A program made the position numbers and the translations under genes. Positions 38,906-48,804 of a stretch of DNA of 64,000 bases are shown here, piece by piece. The DNA is from Candidatus Poribacteria bacterium (GTDB lineage: Bacteria > Poribacteria > WGA-4E > WGA-3G). The stretch's first letter is position 1, and every line of letters begins with the position of its first letter. The notes under the pieces are model-generated. The model searched no databases. It worked only from the letters and a program-made list of their open reading frames with translations, and was not told where the DNA came from. Where the stretch lies: positions 2,112,001-2,176,000 of the forward strand of contig OZ244048.1 of NCBI GenBank assembly GCA_965215265.1. The letters run 5' to 3'.

Positions 38906-39328
38906 ATGGCTTTGAACATTTCCCGAAACCGGAATAAGGACGAAGATGAAGATATTCCGATGGCACCCATGATTGATTGTGTGTTCTTGCTATTAATTTT
39001 CTTCATGGTCTCTGCTATTATGCGGGTTCCCCCACCTTTCACGGTGACGCTCCCGGATTCCTCTACGCAACATGAATTCACGCGAAAGAAGTACAATCTT
39101 TTCATCAGCAGCGACGGCCGCGTCTCAATTGACGATCAGGAAATGCTCACCCTGGAGGACATGGAGATGTTCCTATCTGCCCATGAAAACCAGATCAGCA
39201 CCTTGATTATCAAGGCAGATAAACGTGCAAAACACGGCGTTGTCATTGACGTGGTTGAACGCGCGAAAATGCGCTCCAGTAAAACGGAGGGACTTGAAGT
39301 CGCTTTCGCAGTGTCTGAAGAAGATTGA
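38906..39328 (+). CDS. exbD: Biopolymer transporter ExbD/TolR (2)
   Basis: MAPMIDCVFLLLIFFMV; LIIKADKRAKHGVVIDV. Confidence 0.92.
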   Translation: MALNISRNRNKDEDEDIPMAPMIDCVFLLLIFFMVSAIMRVPPPFTVTLPDSSTQHEFTRKKYNLFISSDGRVSIDDQEMLTLEDMEMFLSAHENQISTLIIKADKRAKHGVVIDVVERAKMRSSKTEGLEVAFAVSEED

Positions 39329-39345
39329 ACGGCAAACTGAATCAG

Positions 39346-39375
39346 AAAAAGGCAGCATCGGCTGCCTTTTTTTTT
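39346..39375 (+). terminator. Rho-independent terminator
   Basis: AAAAA-GGCAGC-atcg-GCTGCC-TTTTTTTTT. Confidence 0.85.
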
Positions 39376-39428
39376 GCACGCTTGTGCCACCGAAAAAGGC
39401 GTAACCTGCTAAACACTAGATATGGTAA

Positions 39429-39542
39429 TTATTAATTATCGCCGCGGAACCAGATGTGTACCACGAACAGATTGTGCAGGTTATGGACATCGCCAAACAG
39501 GCTGGAATTGATAAGGTTGGGTTTGCTCTCGTAAAACAATGA
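39429..39542 (+). pseudogene. 3' fragment of a third exbD paralogue
   Basis: LLIIAAEPDVYHEQIVQVMDIAKQAGIDKVGFALVKQ*, similar to the ExbD1 C-terminus; preceded in frame by TAA with no start codon. Confidence 0.8.
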
Positions 39543-39557
39543 GTGCGGTACACAAAA

Positions 39558-39586
39558 TAGGGCGAGCACTTGTGTCTCGCCCATAC
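39558..39586. repeat. REP-like palindrome / hairpin between convergent units
   Basis: TAGGGCGAG-CACTTGTGT-CTCGCCC-ATAC, related to 38357-38384. Confidence 0.45.
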
Positions 39587-39596
39587 GCTCTCCTGA

Positions 39597-42500
39597 TTAC
39601 CGTTTCCGCCGTTTGCGCCGCGGATTTTTTCTCTCAAGCTGAGCCGGTGGAGGGCTCGGGGGTGGTGGTGCAACAACTTTTCGGAATTGCGGGAGAAAAA
39701 CGTCCCAATTGGCGATAATCTCTTGGGCGCGGCAGCTACCCGTTAATTCGGCATGCTCCCGAATTAGTGTACTAAGCGTTTCAATATCCGCTTTTGACGT
39801 GATATTTTCTAGCTTAATCAATTCCAAGTTGCATTTTGTTTGGAATTCTCCACTTCCATCAAGTACGTACGCGGTTCCACCGGTCATGCCAGCCCCAAAG
39901 TTGCGTCCCGTTTCTCCAAGAATCACGACAATTCCTGCTGTCATATACTCACAACCGTGGTCGCCGACACCTTCTACCACTGTCGTGGCCCCACTATTCC
40001 TGACACAGAATCGCTCACCCGCCCGTCCGGCGGCGTACAACTTCCCGCCTGTTGCCCCGTACAATACCGTATTCCCGATGATAGTATTTTCATGGCTCCG
40101 GAATTGCGCGGCTGCTGACGGTTTGATGACAATCTCCCCGCCTGCCATACCTTTTCCGACATAGTCATTCGCTTCACCGATAAGCGACAATTTCACCCCA
40201 TGGATACAGAATGCGCCGAAACTCTGACCTGCACTGCCAACGAAACTGCACTGAATTGTCGCATTAGGCAGCCCCTCGTCTCCATAAAACTTCGCGATTG
40301 TCCCAGATAACTTCGCTCCGACTGTACGGTGTATGTTACGAATTGCGTATGACAACTGAATCGGTTCTTTGTCTCTAATCGCCCTCTCTGCATCCATCAA
40401 AATTTGGTCATCAAGTGGCGTATCTTCCCGGTCATTCCGTGGCTGTAGGTGATACCGGGGCTGTTTCCCTGTCGGATCGGCAGGTGTCAGAATTTCGCTC
40501 AAATCAAGCATAGTGGCTTTCGGATACTCGGATAGATTCTTCCGTTCAAGCAATTCCGGTCTGCCGATAACCTCGTCCAGCGACCTGTACCCGAGATTCG
40601 CCAAAATTTCTCTCACTTCATTCGCGACACCGAGCATGAAGTTGACAACCATTTCCGGCGTGCCGGGGTACTTCGCACGAAGTCCCGGATCCTGCGTCGC
40701 GATACCTACCGGACATGTGTTTAGATGACACTGACGTGCCATAATGCAGCCTGTGGCTACCATCGCTATTGTGCCAAAACCGTACTCTTCGGCACCCAAC
40801 ATCGCCGCCATGACGATATCCCTACCGGAACGCATCCCGCCATCAACACGTAACACGACACGGTCACGCAGTTCGTTTGCAACCAGCGCACGTTGCGTTT
40901 CTGCCAGCCCGAGCTCCCACGGTGTACCCGCATTTTTGATCGAACTGAGCGGCGATGCACCGGTCCCCCCCTCATGCCCACTAATTTGAATCACATCGGC
41001 ATACCCCTTCGCTACCCCAGACGCAATCGTTCCAATTAAGAACTCAGAGACCAGCTTAACAGCAACTTTTGCATCTGGATTCGCCTGCTTCAAGTCATAG
41101 ATGAGCTGCGCCAGGTCCTCTATTGAATAGATATCGTGGTGCGGCGGAGGGGAAATCAGGGGTACGCCGGGAACCGAATGGCGGATCGCAGCGATTTCCT
41201 CTGTGACTTTATGCCCCGGAATCTGCCCACCTTCCCCAGGTTTTGAGCCTTGTGCCATTTTGATTTCTAGCTCTTTTGCTGATGCGAGATACGTCGGTGT
41301 TACGCCAAAACGTCCCGAGGCGACCTGCTTCAAGGCACTAGACGCAAGATCGCCGTTAGCCCTCACCTTATATCGCGCGCTATCTTCGCCACCCTCACCA
41401 CTTCCGGATTTCGCACCGAGACGGTTCATCGCTATAGCCAAGGTTTCGTGCGTTTCACGGCTCAGTGCACCAAAAGACATACTACCTGTCGTAAAACGGC
41501 GAACGAGCTGCTCTGCAGGTTCTACCTCTTCAATTGGAACCGGGGCACCCGGCTTAAAGTCAAGCAGCTCCCGTAAACTAGAAGGCTCCCCATTTTCAAC
41601 GGCAGCGACATATTTTTCATAATCTTCTGATTTGCCTGCTTTCACAAAGCGGTGGAGTGATTTAAACACTGTCGGATTATACGCATGGAATTCGCCATTC
41701 CTGCGGAAGCGGAAATGCCCGGCTTCTTCAAGGGAGTCAGTCCCATCATGGCCTGAAAACGCCTTCGTATGAAAATGGAGCGTTTCGGCAGCGATATGCT
41801 CAAAGCCTATACCGCTTAAGCGCGAGGCAGTCCCGGTAAAACACCTATCGATTACTTCCGGATGGATACCGATTGCCTCAAAAATTTGAGCACCGCGATA
41901 GCTTGACACAGTCGAGATACCCATCTTCGCCATAATTTTCAGAATCCCTTTTTCCACAGCTGCCTTATAATTGGCAACTGCTTCACCGGCTGTAAGTCCA
42001 TCCAGTTCATCGTTTTCCGAGAGCTCCGCAATCGTAGAAAAAGCAAGATACGGATTAATAGCATCTGCCCCATAACCGAGCAGTACAGCAAAATGGTGTT
42101 CTTCCCGCGGGTCCCCGGCTTCAGCTATCAGACTCGCTTGCATCCGTTTGCCTTCACGAATCAAGTGATGATGTACAGCACCCACGGCGAGTGCCATCGG
42201 AATCGGGGCAAGTGCTGCATCTACCGTTTTATCGCTCAGGACGAGGAGTACCTTACCAGCTCCAATTTCAGTTGACGCACGTTGACAGAGTTGCTCTAAC
42301 GCAGCTTCTAATCCTTGTATACCCGAGGCAACGGGGAAATGGATAGGTAAGGTGGCGACTTGAAATTCAGGTAAATTCTGCGTTCGCAACGCGTTTAATT
42401 CTTCGTTTCCCAACACCGGAGAGGAGAGACGAATTAAACGCGCGTGCTCTGCTGTTTCAGTCAGCAGACTGCCACGTCGCCCCATATAAGTCGTTAGCGA

Positions 42501-44099
42501 CATCACCAAACGTTCCCGCAGTGAATCAATCGCTGGATTCGTTACCTGAGCGAAACGTTGTTTAAAATAGCTATAGAGCATCCGTGGATGCCGGGAAATC
42601 GCCGCCGGCGGTGTATCATCACCCATAGAACCGACTGCCTCTTTCTTCAAAGCTATCATCGGTTTAATGAACCGTTCGACATCCTCTGTTGTGTAGCCAA
42701 ACGCTTTCTGCGATAGTGCCAGCCGGGCAGGCACGTCTTCTGATTGGATAGACGGGGCGGCTGCGTTTCGATCAAGCAATCTTTTCAGCGGAGTTATACC
42801 CTTCCGAACCCACTCCGTGTAGGGTTTTTGCTGCACGACGCTCGCTTTTATCTCTGAATCTGTCAACAATCTACCGTTAACGGTATCAACCGCAATCATC
42901 TGTCCAGGACCCAAACGTCCCTTCTTGACCACCTGTCTATCGTCTAATTCAATAATGCCTACCTCAGAACCCATCACTACAATATCATCGTCGGTTACCT
43001 TATACCGGGCTGGACGCAACCCATTTCTATCTAAACTAGCACCGACAACAACCCCATCTGTAAAAGCAACAGCTGCCGGACCATCCCACGGTTCGCTGAC
43101 ACAAGATAGGTACTCATAACATCCCTTCAACGTCTCAGGCATATCCGGAATCTGCTCGTATGCTTCTGGAATCAGACACATCATGGAATGGAGAATACTT
43201 CTACCAGAGTGCCGCAGGAGTTCTAACACGTTATCCAGACTCATAGAGTCACTTCCCTGTGGACTGATGACGGGTACCAATTTCCGTATCCGTTCTTTCC
43301 AGATAGGCGATTTCAGATCCGCTTCTCGTGCCCTCATCCAATTGCGATTCCCCATCAACGTGTTAATCTCACCGTTATGCGCCAGCATTCGGAACGGCTG
43401 TGCAAGATTCCAAGTCGATGAAGTATTTGTACTATAACGTTGATGGAAAACAGCTAATCCTGCCTCAAAGTCCGAGTTTTGTAAGTCCGGATAGAAGTGT
43501 GACAGCTGCGGGGCTACCAATAAGCCTTTGTAGACAATCGTTCGATGCGAAAAAGAGGCAACGTGAAATTCTTCTAATTCTGCTTCAGCGATGCGCTGCT
43601 CCAACTCTTTGCAGATAAGATAGAGCTCCTGTTCAAATACTTCAGCCGGGAGATGGTCAGGCCTTCCCATCAGCACCTGTTGAATATCGGGCAATGCTGC
43701 CAACGCTTTGTCGCCAATAGCATTAACGTTTATAGGGACTGAACGCCATCCAAGGTGTGGGATACGGTGCTTCTGTAATATTTTTTCAATGAGTGCACGT
43801 CCGTGTACTTGTGCATTCCGATCCTGCCCCGGTAGGAAAATCATCCCTACACCCAGATCCTTAATTGACTCAAGGTGTACACCCTGTTTTTCAATTTCTT
43901 TGCGAAATAGTTTATCCGGAATTTGGGTTAAGAGCCCGGCACCATCCCCGGTCTTGGCATCCGCTGCTACCGCCCCACGGTGCGTTAAATTTGTCACCGC
44001 TTGTATGGCCATCTTAATAATCTCGTGGCTCCGAGCTCCTGAGCGGTTTGCAACAAACCCTACGCCGCAGGCATCTTTTTCCTTTAAATCATTATACAT
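39597..44099 (-). CDS. gltB: Glutamate synthase large subunit
   Basis: DACGVG nucleophile, HQRYSTNT, EPWDGP, IKMAQGSKPGEGG, CIMARQCHLNTC, C-terminal GXGXG domain. Confidence 0.97.
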   Translation of the reverse strand: MYNDLKEKDACGVGFVANRSGARSHEIIKMAIQAVTNLTHRGAVAADAKTGDGAGLLTQIPDKLFRKEIEKQGVHLESIKDLGVGMIFLPGQDRNAQVHGRALIEKILQKHRIPHLGWRSVPINVNAIGDKALAALPDIQQVLMGRPDHLPAEVFEQELYLICKELEQRIAEAELEEFHVASFSHRTIVYKGLLVAPQLSHFYPDLQNSDFEAGLAVFHQRYSTNTSSTWNLAQPFRMLAHNGEINTLMGNRNWMRAREADLKSPIWKERIRKLVPVISPQGSDSMSLDNVLELLRHSGRSILHSMMCLIPEAYEQIPDMPETLKGCYEYLSCVSEPWDGPAAVAFTDGVVVGASLDRNGLRPARYKVTDDDIVVMGSEVGIIELDDRQVVKKGRLGPGQMIAVDTVNGRLLTDSEIKASVVQQKPYTEWVRKGITPLKRLLDRNAAAPSIQSEDVPARLALSQKAFGYTTEDVERFIKPMIALKKEAVGSMGDDTPPAAISRHPRMLYSYFKQRFAQVTNPAIDSLRERLVMSLTTYMGRRGSLLTETAEHARLIRLSSPVLGNEELNALRTQNLPEFQVATLPIHFPVASGIQGLEAALEQLCQRASTEIGAGKVLLVLSDKTVDAALAPIPMALAVGAVHHHLIREGKRMQASLIAEAGDPREEHHFAVLLGYGADAINPYLAFSTIAELSENDELDGLTAGEAVANYKAAVEKGILKIMAKMGISTVSSYRGAQIFEAIGIHPEVIDRCFTGTASRLSGIGFEHIAAETLHFHTKAFSGHDGTDSLEEAGHFRFRRNGEFHAYNPTVFKSLHRFVKAGKSEDYEKYVAAVENGEPSSLRELLDFKPGAPVPIEEVEPAEQLVRRFTTGSMSFGALSRETHETLAIAMNRLGAKSGSGEGGEDSARYKVRANGDLASSALKQVASGRFGVTPTYLASAKELEIKMAQGSKPGEGGQIPGHKVTEEIAAIRHSVPGVPLISPPPHHDIYSIEDLAQLIYDLKQANPDAKVAVKLVSEFLIGTIASGVAKGYADVIQISGHEGGTGASPLSSIKNAGTPWELGLAETQRALVANELRDRVVLRVDGGMRSGRDIVMAAMLGAEEYGFGTIAMVATGCIMARQCHLNTCPVGIATQDPGLRAKYPGTPEMVVNFMLGVANEVREILANLGYRSLDEVIGRPELLERKNLSEYPKATMLDLSEILTPADPTGKQPRYHLQPRNDREDTPLDDQILMDAERAIRDKEPIQLSYAIRNIHRTVGAKLSGTIAKFYGDEGLPNATIQCSFVGSAGQSFGAFCIHGVKLSLIGEANDYVGKGMAGGEIVIKPSAAAQFRSHENTIIGNTVLYGATGGKLYAAGRAGERFCVRNSGATTVVEGVGDHGCEYMTAGIVVILGETGRNFGAGMTGGTAYVLDGSGEFQTKCNLELIKLENITSKADIETLSTLIREHAELTGSCRAQEIIANWDVFLPQFRKVVAPPPPSPPPAQLERKNPRRKRRKR

Positions 44100-44355
44100 C
44101 TGTAAACTGATTCTCCATCCTTTCTTCAAATTTCTTTTTTTGTCTATTAAAGCGGTAAGGCGAGTTTTACGTGAAGTCTCCTGTGCCTATCTCACCAGAG
44201 CAGTTAAATCAAGGGGCGAATGTGCAGATCGCATCCCGCCGGCTTTTTGCTTAGTACGCCGTATGCTTATATCTTCATTCTCATCGCTTGGCAGGCTTGC
44301 ATGTTGGGGGACCGTTTTACGCGTGTGAATAGAGGCAAAATTATACTTTTTAAAT

Positions 44356-44384
44356 ATTATACCTTAATTTACACCAAAAGTCAA
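44356..44384 (-). promoter_or_regulatory. sigma70-like promoter of gltB
   Basis: TTGACT-17 nt-TATAAT on the minus strand, about 250 nt before the start. Confidence 0.6.
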
Positions 44385-44400
44385 GAACATTTCAATGCTT

Positions 44401-46011
44401 CTAATACCCGATCGCACAGCCATCTCGCCTCGGGTCAGAACCAGCGATAAGGGTGCCAAATTCCGGATGAACAAAAATCGCTTGTCCCCCGCCAAAGAAT
44501 GTATTGCCAGGCACGATGTGATGTCCTTTCCGTGCCAACGTCGCCTGTGCGTTCATCGGAATTCCATTTTCAAGCATAATCCCTGAACCATCAAGCACCC
44601 GAAAACGCGGTGCATCCAACGCAGATTGAACATCCATATTAAAATCAACCAGATTGCATACAAACTGTAAATGCCCTTGCGGCTGCATCTGCCCACCCAT
44701 CACCCCGAACGTCACTAAAGGCACTCCCTTGTGGGCAATCATGCCCGGGATAATCGTATGTAGTGCCCGCTTATGTGGCGCGATGCAATTCGCATGACTC
44801 GGATTGAGTGAGAAACCTGCACCCCGGTTTTGCAACATGATACCAGTCTCACCCGCAACCAATCCTGAACCGAATCCTGCGAAGAGACTATTAATGAATG
44901 AGACAACGTTACGTTCTCTATCAACAACCGAAACGTAGACCGTATCACTCCCAAGTGAAGGCGTACCAGCACTCGGTTCAACATTCGCCCGCTCAGCAGA
45001 GACGCGCCCCCTCTGACTTTGGGTGTACTCGTCACTGAGAAGTCCTGCAACTGGCACATCAACAAACTTTGGATCCGTCACATATTGATAAAGATCGGCA
45101 AAACCTAATTTCATCGCTTCAATTGCGTAGTGTAGATATTCAGGGCTATTATGCCCCATGGCACGTAGATCTAACCCTTCAACGATATTAAGTGCTAGGA
45201 GGGCGGCGATGCCTTGTCCATTCGGCGGTATCTCGTAAATGTCGTAACCTCGATAGTTTGTCGAAATCGGTTCCACCCAATCCGAGCGATGGTCTTTGAA
45301 GTCCTGTATTGTAAACAGCCCCCCGTTTTCATCGGAAAACTTGACGATGTTTTCCGCAATTTCGCCCCGGTAAAATGCGTCTGTGCCGCCCTCGGCTATG
45401 AGTCGAAACGTGCGTGCAAGGTTCGGTTGTCGAAAAATTTCGCCTGGCACAGGGGCTCTGCCATTATTGAGGTAGGTTCGTGCGCTGTCCGGATGTCGCG
45501 CTAACATCTCCGTGCTGCCCTGCCAAGCAAGTGAGATCTGCGGACTGACCGGAAACCCGTTTTCTGCATAGTCAATCGCCGGCTGAAGCACCTCTGCTAA
45601 GGACATCGTTCCATGTGCCTCAAGAAGCGTTGCCCATCCATCAACCGTACCCGGCACCGTCACTGGATAAAGACTCCCTGATGCAGGAATATGGGTTAGT
45701 CCTTGTTTGGTAAAGAACTCCGGTTCTGCAGCGTACGGAGCTCTGCCGCTTCCGTTTAAACCACGGATGCTCCCTTCTTTCGGCTGATAGACCAGCATAA
45801 AGGCATCTCCGCCAATACCCGTGGACATCGGTTCAACAATGTTAAGGACCGCACCTGTTGCAACTGCTGCATCAATTGCATTCCCGCCATCACGCAAGAT
45901 CTGTAAACCGCTTTGTGCAGCGAGAGGCTGGCTCGTCGCAACCGCACCGTGTTGGCATATAACCGCTGAACGCCCCGGCCCGAATCGGTTCGGGCGATAT
46001 TCATCAAACAC
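44401..46011 (-). CDS. ggt: Gamma-glutamyltransferase family protein (no signal peptide)
   Basis: GGNAIDAA, TGIGGDAF, VPGTVDGW, DTVY nucleophile, GVMGGQMQPQGH, GSDPRRDG; GTG start after GAGGAG. Confidence 0.95.
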   Translation of the reverse strand: MFDEYRPNRFGPGRSAVICQHGAVATSQPLAAQSGLQILRDGGNAIDAAVATGAVLNIVEPMSTGIGGDAFMLVYQPKEGSIRGLNGSGRAPYAAEPEFFTKQGLTHIPASGSLYPVTVPGTVDGWATLLEAHGTMSLAEVLQPAIDYAENGFPVSPQISLAWQGSTEMLARHPDSARTYLNNGRAPVPGEIFRQPNLARTFRLIAEGGTDAFYRGEIAENIVKFSDENGGLFTIQDFKDHRSDWVEPISTNYRGYDIYEIPPNGQGIAALLALNIVEGLDLRAMGHNSPEYLHYAIEAMKLGFADLYQYVTDPKFVDVPVAGLLSDEYTQSQRGRVSAERANVEPSAGTPSLGSDTVYVSVVDRERNVVSFINSLFAGFGSGLVAGETGIMLQNRGAGFSLNPSHANCIAPHKRALHTIIPGMIAHKGVPLVTFGVMGGQMQPQGHLQFVCNLVDFNMDVQSALDAPRFRVLDGSGIMLENGIPMNAQATLARKGHHIVPGNTFFGGGQAIFVHPEFGTLIAGSDPRRDGCAIGY

Positions 46012-46160
46012 CCTAACACTCCTCAGTTTAAATAATTTAAAACAGTATAGCACTCCCGCTCTTTTTTGTCAAATATGCGTTTATTATCCCTATATTGCCC
46101 CGTTAATTGCAGAGGAAATCCATCGCATTGATTTCCAAGCTGTCTGCGCCGTCTGTAGAC

Positions 46161-46189
46161 TTGCAATATGAGATGTTTTAGTATATAAT
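46161..46189 (+). promoter_or_regulatory. sigma70-like promoter of lpdA
   Basis: TTGCAA-17 nt-TATAAT. Confidence 0.6.
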
Positions 46190-46224
46190 GCATGATATGG
46201 AATTTCATCGAGACAGGAGCATTT

Positions 46225-47607
46225 ATGTCCACGTACGACGTTGGAATTATCGGAGGGGGTCCCGGCGGTTACGTCGCTGCGATTAAAGCGGCGCAGATGG
46301 GGGGCACAGTCTGCCTTATAGAAAAAGGAGCATGGGGTGGCACGTGTCTCAATCGGGGATGTATCCCGACTAAAACTCTCTTTTCGGTGGCTTCACTCGC
46401 CACCCATGTTCAGGAGGCCGCCGCTTTCGGGCTACAGATTAAGGAATCAGCAATTGATTACGCACAGGTACTCGCACACAAAGACGCTGTCGTCCAGCGG
46501 TTGACAGGAGGCATCGCGCAACTGCTGAAGGGCAATGAGGTTAATACTCTTAACGGCACCGCAACACTCACCGACAAAAACACGATTGCTGTTAATAAAC
46601 CAGACGGCACCACCGAAGAGGTGCATGCCAAAAATGTCATTATCGCTACAGGCTCCGACCCGGCTGAGCCGCCTGTTTTTGAAATTGATGAAACTCACGT
46701 CTTGACGACAACAGGCATTCTAAATCTTACTGCACTCCCTGAAAGCCTGATTATTGTTGGCGCTGGCGTTTCCGGGTGCGAATTTGCCTCTATCTTTAAC
46801 GCCCTCGGTTGCCGCGTCACTGTACTAGAACTCCTACCTACCATTCTGTCGACGGAAGATGTTCACGTTATTCGCCACATTCAACTTTTCATGAAACGAA
46901 AAGGAATTAATATCCACACGCAGGCGAAACTTGACCACGTTAAAAAAACAGAAACACGCGTTACCGCAGTACTTGAATCTGGAGAGGAATTAACCGCAGA
47001 AAAAATTCTTATCTCGATCGGACGGCATTTTAATACAACCGGTATCGGCTTAGAAAACGTTGGAATTCGGACAGATAACGGGAAAATTCGGGTGAATGCA
47101 CAGATGCAGACAACTCTTCCGGGTATCTACGCCGTTGGGGATGTCGCCAGTCGATACTTGTTAGCACACGTAGCATCGGCCGAGGGAAAGGTAGCAGCGC
47201 AAAACAGTTTGGGGAAAACCGCTACAATGGACTATCAGGTGATTCCATGGTGTGTTTTCACACTGCCCGAAATTGGACGGGTCGGCATGACAGAAAAAGA
47301 GGCAACTGATGAAGGCTATAAGGTGCAAGTCGGGAGATTTCCGTATACAGCAAACGGAATGGCGTTGGGGATGCGAGAGACTGATGGCTTTGTGAAAACC
47401 GTCGCCGATACTGATAGCGGAGATATTCTCGGTGTCCATATCGTCGGTGCACATGCCTCAATCCTTATCCATGAGGCAGCAGTAGCGATTCGTTCAGGCG
47501 CAACTGTGACAGACCTCGCAGATACTGTGCATGCCCACCCAACCCTCGCAGAATTGGTGATGGAATCGGCTGAGGCAGCCTACGGAAAAGCCATCCACAG
47601 CCTTTAA
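46225..47607 (+). CDS. lpdA: Dihydrolipoyl dehydrogenase
   Basis: GGGPGGY, GGTCLNRGCIPTK, HAHPTLAE. Confidence 0.96.
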   Translation: MSTYDVGIIGGGPGGYVAAIKAAQMGGTVCLIEKGAWGGTCLNRGCIPTKTLFSVASLATHVQEAAAFGLQIKESAIDYAQVLAHKDAVVQRLTGGIAQLLKGNEVNTLNGTATLTDKNTIAVNKPDGTTEEVHAKNVIIATGSDPAEPPVFEIDETHVLTTTGILNLTALPESLIIVGAGVSGCEFASIFNALGCRVTVLELLPTILSTEDVHVIRHIQLFMKRKGINIHTQAKLDHVKKTETRVTAVLESGEELTAEKILISIGRHFNTTGIGLENVGIRTDNGKIRVNAQMQTTLPGIYAVGDVASRYLLAHVASAEGKVAAQNSLGKTATMDYQVIPWCVFTLPEIGRVGMTEKEATDEGYKVQVGRFPYTANGMALGMRETDGFVKTVADTDSGDILGVHIVGAHASILIHEAAVAIRSGATVTDLADTVHAHPTLAELVMESAEAAYGKAIHSL

Positions 47608-48509
47608 AACCGGACCAATTCTTGCAGCTCTTCATACCGTGTCGATATTTCAGTAAACCGTACACGAGTTTGCCGGTTGATGCTGAAATCTTCTATGTTA
47701 AAAGAGGCAACAACGGTACCGTAAATCATCGCACGACGGATTGACTCTTCCGACGTATCGTCAGTCGCTGCGAGGTAACCTACAAACGCCCCCGCAAAAC
47801 TATCACCCGCCCCAGTCGGATCGACTACGTCCGTGATTGGATAAGCCGGTGCACTAAAAAACGATGAATCCGTGACGCTAATCGCCCCGTGCTCGCCTTT
47901 CTTAACAATAACCTGCTTCGGACCATAACCTAAAATCGTGCGTGCTGCACGCACTACATTGGAATCTCCCGTCAAGAGACGCGCCTCACTATCGTTCAAA
48001 ATTAGAATATCCACACGCGCTAACGTTGCCTCTAACGCCTCCCTCGCAGTGTTAATCCAAATATCCATCGTATCACAGACAACCAGTTTCGGCTGCGTTG
48101 CCTGTTCAATGATACGCAATTGCATTTCCGGTGGATTATTAGCGAGGAAGAGATAAGGAGTTTCCTTGTAAGTCTCAGGCAAAACCGGTTCAACGTCAGT
48201 CGCCACGTTTAATTCAGTAAACAACGTCTCCCGCACGTTAAAGTCTTCAGCATAACGGCCACCCCAACGAAAGGTTTTCCCACTTTCAACCTGCTGGACA
48301 CCTGCAAGGTCGATACCGCACCCCTGGAGCAATTCCGAATATGCAGACGGGAAATCGCCACCGACGGCTCCAACGAGGCGAACCGGATTATGAAAAAAAC
48401 TGGCTGCAACAGCAGCATACGTGCCGGAACCACCGAGTACATCGGCAACGCGTTGATCTGGAGTTTCTATTGTATCTAAGGTAGCGGACCCGTAAACTAA
48501 AACACCCAT
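47604..48509 (-). CDS. PfkB family carbohydrate/nucleoside kinase
   Basis: GGSGTY, LNDSEA, KKGEHGA, DPTGAGDSF. Confidence 0.92.
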   Translation of the reverse strand: MGVLVYGSATLDTIETPDQRVADVLGGSGTYAAVAASFFHNPVRLVGAVGGDFPSAYSELLQGCGIDLAGVQQVESGKTFRWGGRYAEDFNVRETLFTELNVATDVEPVLPETYKETPYLFLANNPPEMQLRIIEQATQPKLVVCDTMDIWINTAREALEATLARVDILILNDSEARLLTGDSNVVRAARTILGYGPKQVIVKKGEHGAISVTDSSFFSAPAYPITDVVDPTGAGDSFAGAFVGYLAATDDTSEESIRRAMIYGTVVASFNIEDFSINRQTRVRFTEISTRYEELQELVRF

Positions 48510-48559
48510 TTAATCAACCTATTGTTTCTCTTTCCTACCAAGCGTTCAGCTGGGGCACC

Positions 48560-48790
48560 TTAGAACGGGCCCGGTCTGTTCTTGTTATCGCGAATTGCAT
48601 GGATGATCCGGCGGACACGACGCACACAGATCACGCCAAGCACAACAACAACGGGGATCTGCAGGAATTTGAAAACCCTTAACAGCCCCCCCGGAAATAC
48701 TATCTGCTGAGAATGCGACAACCAGATCGGGAGCAATAGCACCGCCGATAAAAGGATAATCACACCTTCCCAGATTTCTATCTTTTTCAT
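48560..48790 (-). CDS. Small two-TM membrane protein (76 aa)
   Basis: Fills the ahcY-pfkB gap; two hydrophobic helices and a basic tail; purine-rich RBS. Confidence 0.6.
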   Translation of the reverse strand: MKKIEIWEGVIILLSAVLLLPIWLSHSQQIVFPGGLLRVFKFLQIPVVVVLGVICVRRVRRIIHAIRDNKNRPGPF

Positions 48791-48804
48791 AGGAGCCCTC
48801 TCAA

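Noticed and set aside
44100-44350. Glutamine riboswitch in the long gltB leader
   Set aside because: No recognisable glnA-motif core; only a short CGTAAAAC repeat.
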